Part shown: one piece after another, positions 30,666 through 39,379 of the stretch
Layout: the number at the start of each line of letters is the position of its first letter
Numbering within the stretch: position 1 is the stretch's first letter
Assembly (NCBI GenBank): GCA_016716265.1
Contig: JADJWQ010000004.1
Span: forward strand, 75,126-139,125
Reading direction: 5' to 3'
Origin: Planctomycetota bacterium
GTDB taxonomy: Bacteria; Planctomycetota; UBA1135; UBA2386
Length of the DNA stretch: 64,000 bases
Made by a program: the position numbers and the translations under genes
Notes under the pieces: model-generated
Told to the model about the DNA's origin: nothing
Databases searched by the model: none
What the model saw: only the letters and a program-made list of their open reading frames with translations

Positions 30666-31241
30666 ATGCATTGCCGGCTGCCGCACGCGCTGCTCCTCTG
30701 CGCCGTCCTGCTCGCGGGCTGCTGGACGCCGTTCGAAGCCCGCCACGAGGGCTCCTGGAATCCGGACGACCAGGTCTGGCGGGCGGACCTCAGCCAGGTG
30801 CGGGTGCGCGCCGCGCAGTCGCGGGTGTTCGAGACCTCCGACCGCGTCGCGGTGCTGGCGGCCACGATCGGGACGCTGCAGGACCTCGACTTCGTCATCG
30901 ACGTCGCGGACGAGCACCTCGGCGTCGTGTCCGCGCACAAGCACCTGCCACTCGAGGGCGGCGAGGTCGTCAGCGATCCGACCTACTCGCTGCACGACCC
31001 GGACGGCTTGCTGGTGTTCGAGAACGTGTGGCGCACGTGGGGCCCGTTCGACCACCGCTGCGACATCCTGCGTGCGACGGTCACCGTCCGCCCGCGCGGG
31101 AGGTCGGAGGTCGTGGTCCGCATCAGCGCGCAGCACTACCTGCGCGCGGTCGAGGACGCCGAGCCCTACCAGGGTTTCTTCGCCGCGCTGCAGAGGTCTC
31201 TCTCGATCGACGCGCTGCAAGTCCAGCCCGATCAGAACTGA
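30666..31241 (+). CDS. lipoprotein, member 3 of the paralog family
   Basis: Lipobox 'VLLAGC'. Family blocks 'SRVFETSDRVAVLAATIGTLQDLDFVID', 'VTVRPRGRSEVVVRIS' and 'EDAEPYQGFFAALQRSLS'. Confidence 0.65.
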   Translation: MHCRLPHALLLCAVLLAGCWTPFEARHEGSWNPDDQVWRADLSQVRVRAAQSRVFETSDRVAVLAATIGTLQDLDFVIDVADEHLGVVSAHKHLPLEGGEVVSDPTYSLHDPDGLLVFENVWRTWGPFDHRCDILRATVTVRPRGRSEVVVRISAQHYLRAVEDAEPYQGFFAALQRSLSIDALQVQPDQN

Positions 31242-31644
31242 AACGGTGGCGGCGAGCCAGGCAACCTGGTGTCGAGACACCCCGTGAACGGAGCCCTGGG
31301 CCTGCGCCTACTCCTTCGGCCGTGCTCGCCGATTCGAACCAACGTGGGATGGCGCCGCCGACAGCTGACACGAGCTGGCCGGTCGCGCGGACCGCTGTGC
31401 GGTCGGCGGCAGTTCCTGCGCCTCGGCGCGACGAGACACCGGCTCCGAGGTTGCAATGACGGCGCGCTCCGTCGAGTCGCGTGAGCGACGATGTTGCCGC
31501 CGCGGTGGTTCGGCTTGCCGTCGATGAGTCCGTTGCGGAGGCCCCGGTACCGACTTCCGCGTGGTGAGTTTCCGCAGGTTCGAGCCCGCGAACAGGACGC
31601 CGTCTCGTACGCCCGGTGACCACGGTCGGGCTTCGCTCGACGGG

Positions 31645-32427
31645 TCAGCGACGCTGTGCGATGAAGTCGATGCCGAGCGTGCCGAACAGGGCGGCGCTGC
31701 TGTGCTGCCGCGCACCCGCGAAGACGTCGCCACGCCACGTGACGCGGAAGCCCTCGAATCCGGCGGCCACGACCGTGACCTCGAGCTCTGCCTCTTGCAG
31801 AGCCCCGGCGATTCAACCCGTCCAGAGGTCGATGCGGTGCAACGCCTGCCGCGGGACCTCACGCCGCACGATGATGTCGGCGAGCTGGAGCCGCCCGCCC
31901 GGACGAAGAACGCGCCGCATCTCGGCGAGCGCGCGAGCCTTGTCCGGCAACAGGTTGAAAACGCCGTTGCTGATCACCACGTCGGCCCAGCCGTCGGGGA
32001 CCGGCAACTCCTCGGCCAGGCCCTCGTGCACCTCGAGATTCGCGAATGGCGCCTCGGCGGCGCTGACCCGCGCCTTCTCGACCATGGCCGGTGTCATGTC
32101 GACGCCGATCACCCTGCCTGTCGCGCCGACCATCTTCGCGGCGATCCACGCGTCGGCGCCCGCGCCGCAGCCGATGTCGACGACGTGCTCACCGGCCCGC
32201 AGCGGACCGGCGCGGAACGGGTTGCCCGTGCCGGCGAACGACTCGACCGTGCGCTCTGGCACGTCGCCGAGCCAGTCCTCGTCGTAGCCGAGCAGAGCGA
32301 ACAGCAGCCTCCCGGTGTGGAAATGGAAGCCACGGCCGGGCTCGCGCGCGACCGCGTCGTAGTCGGCCCGGATGGCGTGCCGCAGCTCGGCTCCGTCGAT
32401 CCACGTGTCCGCTCGTTCGGTGTCCAT
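31645..32427 (-). CDS. ArsM-like SAM-dependent methyltransferase with in-frame UGA (candidate Sec at codon 205, nt 31813-31815)
   Basis: ATG at 32427. SAM motif 'VVDIGCGAGADA', then 'VVISNGVFNLLPDKARALAEMRRVLRPGGRL', then 'DLWTG-TGA-IAGALQEAELEVTVVAAGFEGFRVTW...FGTLGIDFIAQRR*'. The TGA aligns with the Cys of the ArsM 'LW.GC(L/I)AGAL' motif. The downstream 56 codons remain open and family-like. Confidence 0.7.
31783..31805 (-). promoter_or_regulatory. SECIS-like stem-loop 3' of the UGA in the ArsM-like gene
   Basis: Minus strand reads GGGCUCUGC-AAGAG-GCAGAGCUC: a 9-bp stem with one G-U pair and a 5-nt loop. The stem starts 8 nt after the UGA and the loop lies at +17..+21. Confidence 0.5.
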
Positions 32428-32574
32428 GCCCTGAAGGCGCACGATGCGGTCCGCGGGGGACGCGAATTCAGCGCGTCTGCGCGCACCCGACAATCGTGGC
32501 CGGGTGTCGAAGCAGACTGCGCCTGTGGCGGCGCGGCTCCGCTCGGGAGCCGCATCATACGAGAGGTACGAACG

Positions 32575-33504
32575 ATGACCACCTACTCCTTCGCTGGCTG
32601 CCTGCAGAACTCCCAGCGCATCAACTGGCGCCTCGACGAGGTGCTGGGTGATCGCGATTTCGATCCCCGCAAGCGCTGGCTGCCGCAGGCCCTGTCCGGT
32701 GCCGACGCGGTCCGGTGCCTCGACGATGACGAGAAGCGCAAGCTCACGCACGTCGAGATGGCCGCCTACGCGCACCTCTTCGGATACGTCGAGGAGTTCA
32801 TCGCGCCCAAGATCGCGGAGCTGGCATGCGACCACCGGGAGAGCGACCGCACCGCCTTCCACGCGCTGACGAGCTTCGCTGCCGAGGAGGTCAAGCACAT
32901 GACCCTGTTCCGTCTCCTGCGTGACCGCATCGACGCGAAGATGGGCTTCGGTCTACAGCTCGTCGGCGATGCGGAAGGCACTGCCACCTACGTGCTCGGC
33001 AAGAGCCCCGGCGCCGTGCTCCTGCTCACCGCGTGTATCGAGTGGTTCACGCAGCGCCACTACCGCGAGTGCTTCGTCGAGGATGCGACGCTCGACCCCT
33101 TCGTCCGCCACGTCTTCAAGATGCACTGGCTGGAGGAGTCGCAGCACGCCAGGATGGACCACCTCGAGACGCTGCGCGTGTTCACTGCCAGCGACGATGC
33201 CGAGCGCGACCGCGCGGTCGACGACCTGATCGATCTCGTCGCCGCGGTCGACGGTCTGCTGCAGATGCAGGCGGGCTTCGACGTCGACAACCTGTCCCGC
33301 TACCTCGGTCGCGAGTTCGACCAGCGCGCACGCGAGGAGATCCTGGCCAGCGTGCTGCGCGCCAAGCGTCACACGTTCCTGGCGTCCGGCGTAACGCACC
33401 CGCGTTTCCAGGAGCTGTTCCTCGAGGTCACCACTCCGGCCCAGCAGGAGCGGGTCGGCGCCGCTCTCGGCGCGCTGCTCGCGGGTGACGCCGCGACCGT
33501 CTGA
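32575..33504 (+). CDS. ferritin-like diiron oxygenase (AurF / p-aminobenzoate N-oxygenase-like family)
   Basis: ATG at 32575 (MTTYSFAGCLQNSQRINW...). Two E..H diiron motifs, 'FAAEEVKHMTLF' and 'HWLEESQHARMDH', with family-like spacing. The 647-aa ORF in the track is a spurious 5' extension. Confidence 0.8.
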   Translation: MTTYSFAGCLQNSQRINWRLDEVLGDRDFDPRKRWLPQALSGADAVRCLDDDEKRKLTHVEMAAYAHLFGYVEEFIAPKIAELACDHRESDRTAFHALTSFAAEEVKHMTLFRLLRDRIDAKMGFGLQLVGDAEGTATYVLGKSPGAVLLLTACIEWFTQRHYRECFVEDATLDPFVRHVFKMHWLEESQHARMDHLETLRVFTASDDAERDRAVDDLIDLVAAVDGLLQMQAGFDVDNLSRYLGREFDQRAREEILASVLRAKRHTFLASGVTHPRFQELFLEVTTPAQQERVGAALGALLAGDAATV

Positions 33505-33576
33505 GCGCGCGGCATGGCGGCTGGCCGCCACGGCGTCATTCCGACAGTCCGTTCCCGCCTATCACGAATACCTCCG

Positions 33577-34668
33577 ATGACCTTCCGCCCGATCCTGCTC
33601 GCGCTGGCCCTGACCGCCGCCGTTACGCCGGCGCAAGGCGAGGCCGACCGCGATCCGCGCTCGGCCCGCGCCGAGTTCGAGCACTTGCTGCTCGAGCACG
33701 TGCGCGAGCAGCGCGAGGTGGCGCGGGCCGCGCCCGAGCTCGACCGGCTCGCGACCCTCGACCGCGCTGCGGCCCGTCTCGCGCCACGGTTCCTGGCGTT
33801 CGCCGAGGCCTGCCCGGACGCAGCGGTGCAGCTCGAGGCGCTGCTGTGGCTCGCGCAGAACGCGCCGACCGGCTCCGCGGACGGCGCGCGCGCGGCCACG
33901 CTCGTCGGCGAGCGGTTCGCGTCGGCACCGGCCGCGCTGCGCGTGCTGCCCTCCCTCGGCCGCTTCTGCCCACCCCTGACGGAGGACGAGGCGTCGGGGA
34001 TCGCCGAGCGTCTGTGCGTCGAGCAGGTCGGTGATGAAGCCAGGTCCCGCTGCCATTTCTACGCCGGTGACCTGCTCCTCCAGCGACGCCCGGGCCAATC
34101 AGCCCCCGAGGCTGCCCGCCAGCACCTCGAGCGGAGTCTCGCATTGACGCAGGAGCCTCGCCGCCGAGCGGCCGCGGCGCGATCGCTCCACGCCGCCACG
34201 GTGATCGACGTCGGTGCGCGTGTTCCGGCCGTCCACGGCGTGGACTTCGACGGCGCGGCGTTCGATCTCTCGCAGCGGCGTGGCAAGGTCGTCCTGCTCT
34301 CGTTCTGGGCCGACTGGTGAGGCGCGTGCAAGGCACACGCCCCCGCCGAGCGGTCGCTCGCGGAACGACTCGACAACCGCCCGTTCGAATTCGTCGCGAT
34401 CAGCGTCGACCAGGATCTCGCGGTCGCACGCCGCACCGCTGCGGCGTTGGGCCTGCCCGGCACGCAGCTGTGGGCGGGTCCGAAGGGCACGGCGGGCCCG
34501 TTGCCCGAGGCGCTGATGGTGCCGAGCTGGCCGTTCTTCCTGCTCGTCGATGCCGAGGGCGTCGTGCGCTGGCGCAGCCACCGGTTCGACGGCCTGCCCG
34601 AGACAGCGCAGCGCTGGGTCGAGGCCGCGGAGCGCGCCGCCGCCGGGGCACCGGCGATCGGCAGGTGA
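33577..34668 (+). CDS. secreted TlpA/ResA-like thioredoxin-fold protein with in-frame UGA in the CxxC motif (candidate Sec at codon 248, nt 34318-34320)
   Basis: ATG at 33577 gives MTFRPILLALALTAAVTPAQG, a signal peptide. '...GKVVLLSFWADW-TGA-GACKAHAPAE...FEFVAISVDQD...LMVPSWPFFLLVDAEGVVRW' matches the canonical FWA.WC..C redox motif and Trx-fold continuation in the same frame. The track splits it into 33514..34320 and 34447..34668. Confidence 0.7.
34343..34363 (+). promoter_or_regulatory. SECIS-like stem-loop 3' of the UGA in the TlpA-like gene
   Basis: CCG(C)CGAGC-GGUC-GCUCGCGG: an 8-bp stem with one bulged C and an apical GGUC tetraloop at +32..+35 from the UGA. As I recall, the E. coli fdhF SECIS also has a GGUC apical loop. 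Confidence 0.5.
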
Positions 34669-34753
34669 GCTGCCGCGCGGGCGGGGCGGCATCGGCCTCG
34701 CGCTCGCCGGCCGCGTGGCGGCCCGCCAGCGCCAGCGGTCCGATGGCCGCTGC

Positions 34754-36292
34754 TCAGCTCACCTCGCGCATCAGCTTGCGCACGAAGGGCGAGATGAGGA
34801 TGAGGGCGACGCCGCAGTAGATCGCGTAGTAGGTGAGCTGCAGGTAGCCGTCGGTGTAGGCGGTCAGCTTCTCGAGGGACGTCGCGGTGTCGCTCGGTTC
34901 GGACATTCCGGCGCCGAGCAGGCCGGCGACGTATTGGCCGTAGGCGCTCGCGAGGAACCACAGGCCCATGATGATGCCGAACAGGCGCTTGGGCGCGAGC
35001 TTCGTCATTGCCGAGAGGCCGATCGGGGAGAGGCAGAGCTCGCCGATGGTGATGACGAGATAGGCCAGTGTGAACAGCGACAGCGACGACTCGCCCTTGG
35101 CGGAGGCCGCGAAGATCAGGCTGTGGAAGATGTAGAACGCACCGGCGAGGAACAGGAAGCCGAGGCCGAACTTGACGACGGTGTTCGGCTCACGCTTCTT
35201 CATCGACAGGAACAGCAGGCCGATGAGCGGGCTCAGCAGGATGACGAACAGCGAGTTGGAGCTGTTGTTGACCTCGTTCGGGTCGATCGTCATGCCCAGC
35301 GTCTGGACCGGCGTGATGTGATTGCGCGCGACGAGCGCGAGCGAGCCGCCGCTCTGCTCGAAGAAGGCCCAGAAGAAGATCGAGAAGAAGATGAACACGA
35401 GGGCCGCCGACAGCTTCTGCACCTCCTCACGGGTGCAGCGCGTAATCTCCCAGACGAAGTAGATCAGCGCGAGCGGGCCGACCGTGTACATGAACATGTC
35501 GGTGTACGCGCTGTTGCTGACGAGCAGCAGGACCAGCGGGATCGCGACGAGCGAGCCGACGTAGACGTACTGGATCCGCCGTGTGGCTGCCGTGCGTTGC
35601 GCCGGCGTCTGCCCGGGCTCGTGGAGCGGCGAGTAGCCGAGCGGCCCCAGCGAGCTCGCGGTCAGCGAGAACACCGTGACGCCGCAGATCATCGCGATGC
35701 CGGCGCTGATGAACGCCCACTCCCAGCCGTACGTGTCACCGAGCCTGAAGCACAGCAGACCGCCGAGCAACGCGCCGACGTTGATGCCCGAGTAGAACAG
35801 CGAGAAGCCGGCGTCCCGACGGTGATCCTCGTCGTGATAGAGCAGCCCGACGACACCCGAGATGTTCGGTTTGAAGAAGCCCGTGCCGACGATCGAGATG
35901 CTGGTGCCGATGTAGAACAGCTCGTTCGGCGACCACGCGATCGTGAAGCTGCCGATCATCATCAGGAGCCCGCCCCAGACGATCGAACGGCGGAAGCCGA
36001 GGATCTTGTCGGCGAAGAAACCGCCGACGAACGTCATCGTGTAGACGAAGGCCTGGATGGCGCCGTAGCGCAGGTTCGCCTCGTCCTCCTTCATGAAGAG
36101 CTGCTCCGTCATGAAGACGGTCAGCACTCCACGCATGCCGTAGAAGCAGAAGCGCTCCCACATCTCGGCGAGGAACAGCCACCAGAGCTGCCGGGGATAC
36201 CGGCCACGGAAGCTGCGGATCGCGAGGAGGCGCGGATCGATCGCGGCGCCCGCGGGTTCGATCGCTGAGGGCTCGTGGTCGGGCGACGACAT
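34754..36292 (-). CDS. POT/PTR2-family peptide:proton symporter (MFS)
   Basis: 'LFLAEMWERFCFYGMRGVLTVFM' (the ExxERFxYYG-type motif), 'GGFFADKILG', and about 14 TM segments. Confidence 0.9.
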   Translation of the reverse strand: MSSPDHEPSAIEPAGAAIDPRLLAIRSFRGRYPRQLWWLFLAEMWERFCFYGMRGVLTVFMTEQLFMKEDEANLRYGAIQAFVYTMTFVGGFFADKILGFRRSIVWGGLLMMIGSFTIAWSPNELFYIGTSISIVGTGFFKPNISGVVGLLYHDEDHRRDAGFSLFYSGINVGALLGGLLCFRLGDTYGWEWAFISAGIAMICGVTVFSLTASSLGPLGYSPLHEPGQTPAQRTAATRRIQYVYVGSLVAIPLVLLLVSNSAYTDMFMYTVGPLALIYFVWEITRCTREEVQKLSAALVFIFFSIFFWAFFEQSGGSLALVARNHITPVQTLGMTIDPNEVNNSSNSLFVILLSPLIGLLFLSMKKREPNTVVKFGLGFLFLAGAFYIFHSLIFAASAKGESSLSLFTLAYLVITIGELCLSPIGLSAMTKLAPKRLFGIIMGLWFLASAYGQYVAGLLGAGMSEPSDTATSLEKLTAYTDGYLQLTYYAIYCGVALILISPFVRKLMREVS

Positions 36293-36362
36293 GGTCGGTG
36301 TCGGGGTCGGTTCGGTGTCGGGGTGCTGGGCCAGAGACTAGCGCTGAGGGCTGGTCGTCGGC

Positions 36363-38078
36363 TCACTGAAGGTCGGGCGCGTCCGCGATCTGTCGTCGCG
36401 AACGGAGGCGACGCTGGACGGCGAGCTGAGGCTCGATGCCGCGCAGCCGGCGGAGCAGCAGGACGACGATCACCGGCAGGACGCCGAGGACGAGGTAGAA
36501 GGCCACCGGGAGGGATCGCAGCGCCGCGTGCGTCGCGCCCGCGAGGATCACGACGAACGACATGGCGAGGAACAGGCCGATGCTGCCCTCCATGGGGTTC
36601 TTCACGGCCTGCTCGGTGAATGGCAACCGGCGCCCGAGCTTCAGCATCGCGACGACCGACGTGCCGACGACCACGCAGGTGGCGAAGGCGAGGTCGAGGG
36701 CGATCTCCGGTCCGGCGATCGCCAGCAGCAGCCCGGACATCAGCAGGACCGCCGGTGCCGTGAAGGTGACGAGCAGCGCCGTCAGGCCGCCGGTCAGGAA
36801 TTCGCCGGGCCGGCGCAGCGGCGCGGTGCGCAGGATCCAGCTCGCCTCGTGGTTGTCGCTGTAGCGGGCCATCGTGACGACGAGCGGCGAGTAGGTGGCG
36901 AGGAAGTAGAGCGAGATCGCGAGCATGCGCTCGTTGCGCACCGCACCGCGCTGCAGCGACATCGCGATGCCCAGCACCACCGACACGGCGACCAACGGGT
37001 AGGTGCGCAGCCGGAACGTCCGCTCGCGACGGGACAACGCGGCGACGAAGTCGTAGCCCGCGCGTGCCGCGGTCGAGCGCAGCAGCGCATCGCGGAAGAC
37101 GCGACGCCTGGGGCGCGGCGCCGGCGCGCTGCGGGCGCCGGTCGCCATCGCGGCGAGGCGCGCGACGAAGCCGCCCCCGAGCCACGCGACCAGCGCGGTG
37201 AGCAGCGCGAGCGGAACGACGACGCCGAGGACGCCGAGGACGACCACCAGGCGGCTGTGGTCGCCCTGCCACCAGGCGAGGAGTCCCGCACCGTGGAAGG
37301 GCGGCAGCAGCGCGAGCCACCAGCCACGGTGCCGGACCAGCGACTCGACCTCCGCGGAGCTGACGAGTCTGGGCAGCACCTGGAAGCCGCCCATCACCAG
37401 GACCATCGCCGCGACCTGCAGGTACAGGATCAGGTCGCGGAAGCGCTCCATGTCGAACAGCCGCATCGCGCCGAGGAACAGGCCGAACGACAGTGCGACG
37501 GCGGTGCCGGCGAGCAGCAGCGTCGCGAGACACCAGATCGGGACGAACGCCACGCCGTGGACGATCGTCCCGGCGATCAACGGCAGCACCGACGAGCCGA
37601 GCAGCGTGACGGCGAGGAGCGTGGTGGCGTGCGTGATGCGCGTGGCGAGCAGCGTGCGGTCGCCGACCGGCAACGGCGCGATCACGGTCACGTCCGCGGT
37701 GTCGACGAGCATCGGCAGGTAGTCCGACACGAGGACCATCGTCAGCATCGCCATCAGCACGAGCTGCGCGATGCCCATGCCCCACAGCGGGTCGCGGATG
37801 AACCCGACGGCCATCGCACCGATTCCGCCCATCAGGACCTGCATGACGAAGCCCAGCACCGCGCCGGTCTGCAGTCCGCTCTGTCGCCCCTCGTCCTGTG
37901 CGCGCCGTGCCCGCCGCACGCCGAGCGTGAACTCGGTCTGCAGCAGCGCGCGCAGCGCGTCGGTGTCGACGCCCGCTGCCCGCAGCGGCACGCGCAGCCG
38001 GCCGACCACCGCGCACGCGAAGCGGCCGAACGGTCCGGTGTCCTTGAACGGGCGCGGTCCGCTCCGGAGACGGGTCAT
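36363..38078 (-). CDS. polytopic membrane protein, putative ABC-exporter permease partner
   Basis: 571 aa with many TM helices. Its start overlaps the stop of the upstream ABC ATPase gene by 4 nt. Confidence 0.7.
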   Translation of the reverse strand: MTRLRSGPRPFKDTGPFGRFACAVVGRLRVPLRAAGVDTDALRALLQTEFTLGVRRARRAQDEGRQSGLQTGAVLGFVMQVLMGGIGAMAVGFIRDPLWGMGIAQLVLMAMLTMVLVSDYLPMLVDTADVTVIAPLPVGDRTLLATRITHATTLLAVTLLGSSVLPLIAGTIVHGVAFVPIWCLATLLLAGTAVALSFGLFLGAMRLFDMERFRDLILYLQVAAMVLVMGGFQVLPRLVSSAEVESLVRHRGWWLALLPPFHGAGLLAWWQGDHSRLVVVLGVLGVVVPLALLTALVAWLGGGFVARLAAMATGARSAPAPRPRRRVFRDALLRSTAARAGYDFVAALSRRERTFRLRTYPLVAVSVVLGIAMSLQRGAVRNERMLAISLYFLATYSPLVVTMARYSDNHEASWILRTAPLRRPGEFLTGGLTALLVTFTAPAVLLMSGLLLAIAGPEIALDLAFATCVVVGTSVVAMLKLGRRLPFTEQAVKNPMEGSIGLFLAMSFVVILAGATHAALRSLPVAFYLVLGVLPVIVVLLLRRLRGIEPQLAVQRRLRSRRQIADAPDLQ

Positions 38079-38866
38079 GCCGAGTGCCCCAGCGCGGCCA
38101 CCACGGCGCGCGCGCGCTGGCTCGCGCCCCCGTCGCTGGTCAGCTCGAGGAAGATCCGCTCGAGCGTCCCGCCGCCCTGGCTGCGCGCGCGGAGCTCGGC
38201 CAGCGTGCCGTTCGCCGCGATCCGCCCGTCGGCCAGGATCACCAGCCGGTCACAGACGCGCTCGACGACGTCGAGCATGTGCGAGCAGTAGAAGATCGTG
38301 CGGCCGTCGTCGGCCAGCGCACGGATCAGCTCCTTGATGAGCACCGCCGAGTGCGCGTCGAGCCCGGACAGCGGCTCGTCGAGGAACAGCACCTCGGGAT
38401 CGTGCAGCAGCGCGCCGACGATCATCACCTTCTGACGCATGCCCTTCGACAGCGCCCCGAGGCGCGATGCGATCCGGCTGCCGAGGTCGAACGCGTCCAG
38501 CATCGGCTTCGCGCGGGCGAGGATCGCCTCGTCGCGCAGGCCGTGCAGCCGACCGACCAGCAAAAGGTGCTCCTGCACGGTCAGCGCCTCGTACAGGACC
38601 GCGTTCTCGGCGACGTAGCCGATGCGTCGCTTGACCTCGAGCGGGTGCTCGCGGACGTCGAAGCCGGCGACCTCGGCCCGGCCTTCGAAGCCGGCGAGCA
38701 TCCCGACCAGGATGCGCACCGTCGTGCTCTTGCCGGCGCCGTTCGGCCCCAGGTAGCCGAGCACCTCGCCGGGCGCGACGCGCAGGTCGATCCCGTCCAG
38801 CACCCGCCGGTCGCCGAACGACTTGGACAATCCGTCGAGCAACACCGCGTCGGTCATGCGCGACAC
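38075..38866 (-). CDS. ABC transporter ATP-binding protein
   Basis: Walker A 'GPNGAGKST', signature 'LSKGMRQK', Walker B 'VLFLDEP', H-loop 'CSHML'. Confidence 0.9.
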   Translation of the reverse strand: MSRMTDAVLLDGLSKSFGDRRVLDGIDLRVAPGEVLGYLGPNGAGKSTTVRILVGMLAGFEGRAEVAGFDVREHPLEVKRRIGYVAENAVLYEALTVQEHLLLVGRLHGLRDEAILARAKPMLDAFDLGSRIASRLGALSKGMRQKVMIVGALLHDPEVLFLDEPLSGLDAHSAVLIKELIRALADDGRTIFYCSHMLDVVERVCDRLVILADGRIAANGTLAELRARSQGGGTLERIFLELTSDGGASQRARAVVAALGHSA

Positions 38867-39379
38867 GGTAGCGGGCGTCCGGATGGTCCCGAAGTGCGCG
38901 GTGGACGCGCGCGCTCAGCCGGTGTCGGCGCGGCGCGGCGTGGCCGCGATCGCCAGCGCGTCCCGACCCGCCGAATGCGGGAAGACCAGACACGGGGAAT
39001 CCCCCGGCTCGCGTGCTTCGTGGTTCCACGCGCCCCGGGCGGCGCCGAGGGTCCACGCGGCGAGCTCGCTGAGCCTCGACGAGCGCTCGAGCGCCGTATC
39101 GACGCGCTGGAACAGACGATAGCTCGCGCGGATGCGTTCGCGGGTGCGCTGCTGCGCAGCGGCGCACAGGTCGATCGCGGTCCGGTCCTTTCGCTTGCCC
39201 GTCACGGCGACAGGATCGGCAGGAGCCCCAGGTGACTTGCGCGTTCGGCGCTGATTCGCTCGAGTCGGCGTCTCCACTGCGAACCACGCACGGAACCGGC
39301 CGATGCCGTGGCGCTCTCGCGCCCGTCGGGATTCTCGACAGTGCGACGTCAGGGCGCGACGACCTCACTCGACCGCGGG

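Noticed and set aside
31320-31600. tRNA-like T-loop strings (GATTCGAACC at about 31333, GGTTCGAGCCCGCG at about 31578) near the candidate selenoprotein genes, raising the possibility of tRNA-Sec. Also GGTTCGATCC at about 18127.
   Set aside because: Flanking bases do not form a T-stem. I could not build an acceptor or anticodon arm, and there is no UCA anticodon loop. These are not tRNA genes.
31561-32574. 5' extension making the diiron oxygenase ORF 647 aa.
   Set aside because: The extension is antisense to the well-supported ArsM-like gene and has no family similarity. The family-typical N-terminus starts at the ATG at 32575.
34321-34341. First hairpin immediately after the TlpA-like UGA: GGCGCGUG-CAAGG-CACACGCC with a C-A mismatch.
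   Set aside because: It starts at +1 from the UGA, which is closer than I expect for a SECIS apical loop. The second hairpin (34343..34363, GGUC loop) is the better candidate. I kept this one only as an alternative.
38915-39277. 120-aa minus-strand ORF between the ABC operon and the TPR gene.
   Set aside because: It has no recognisable motif, signal or coupling, and its composition is indistinguishable from the background. I left the region unannotated.
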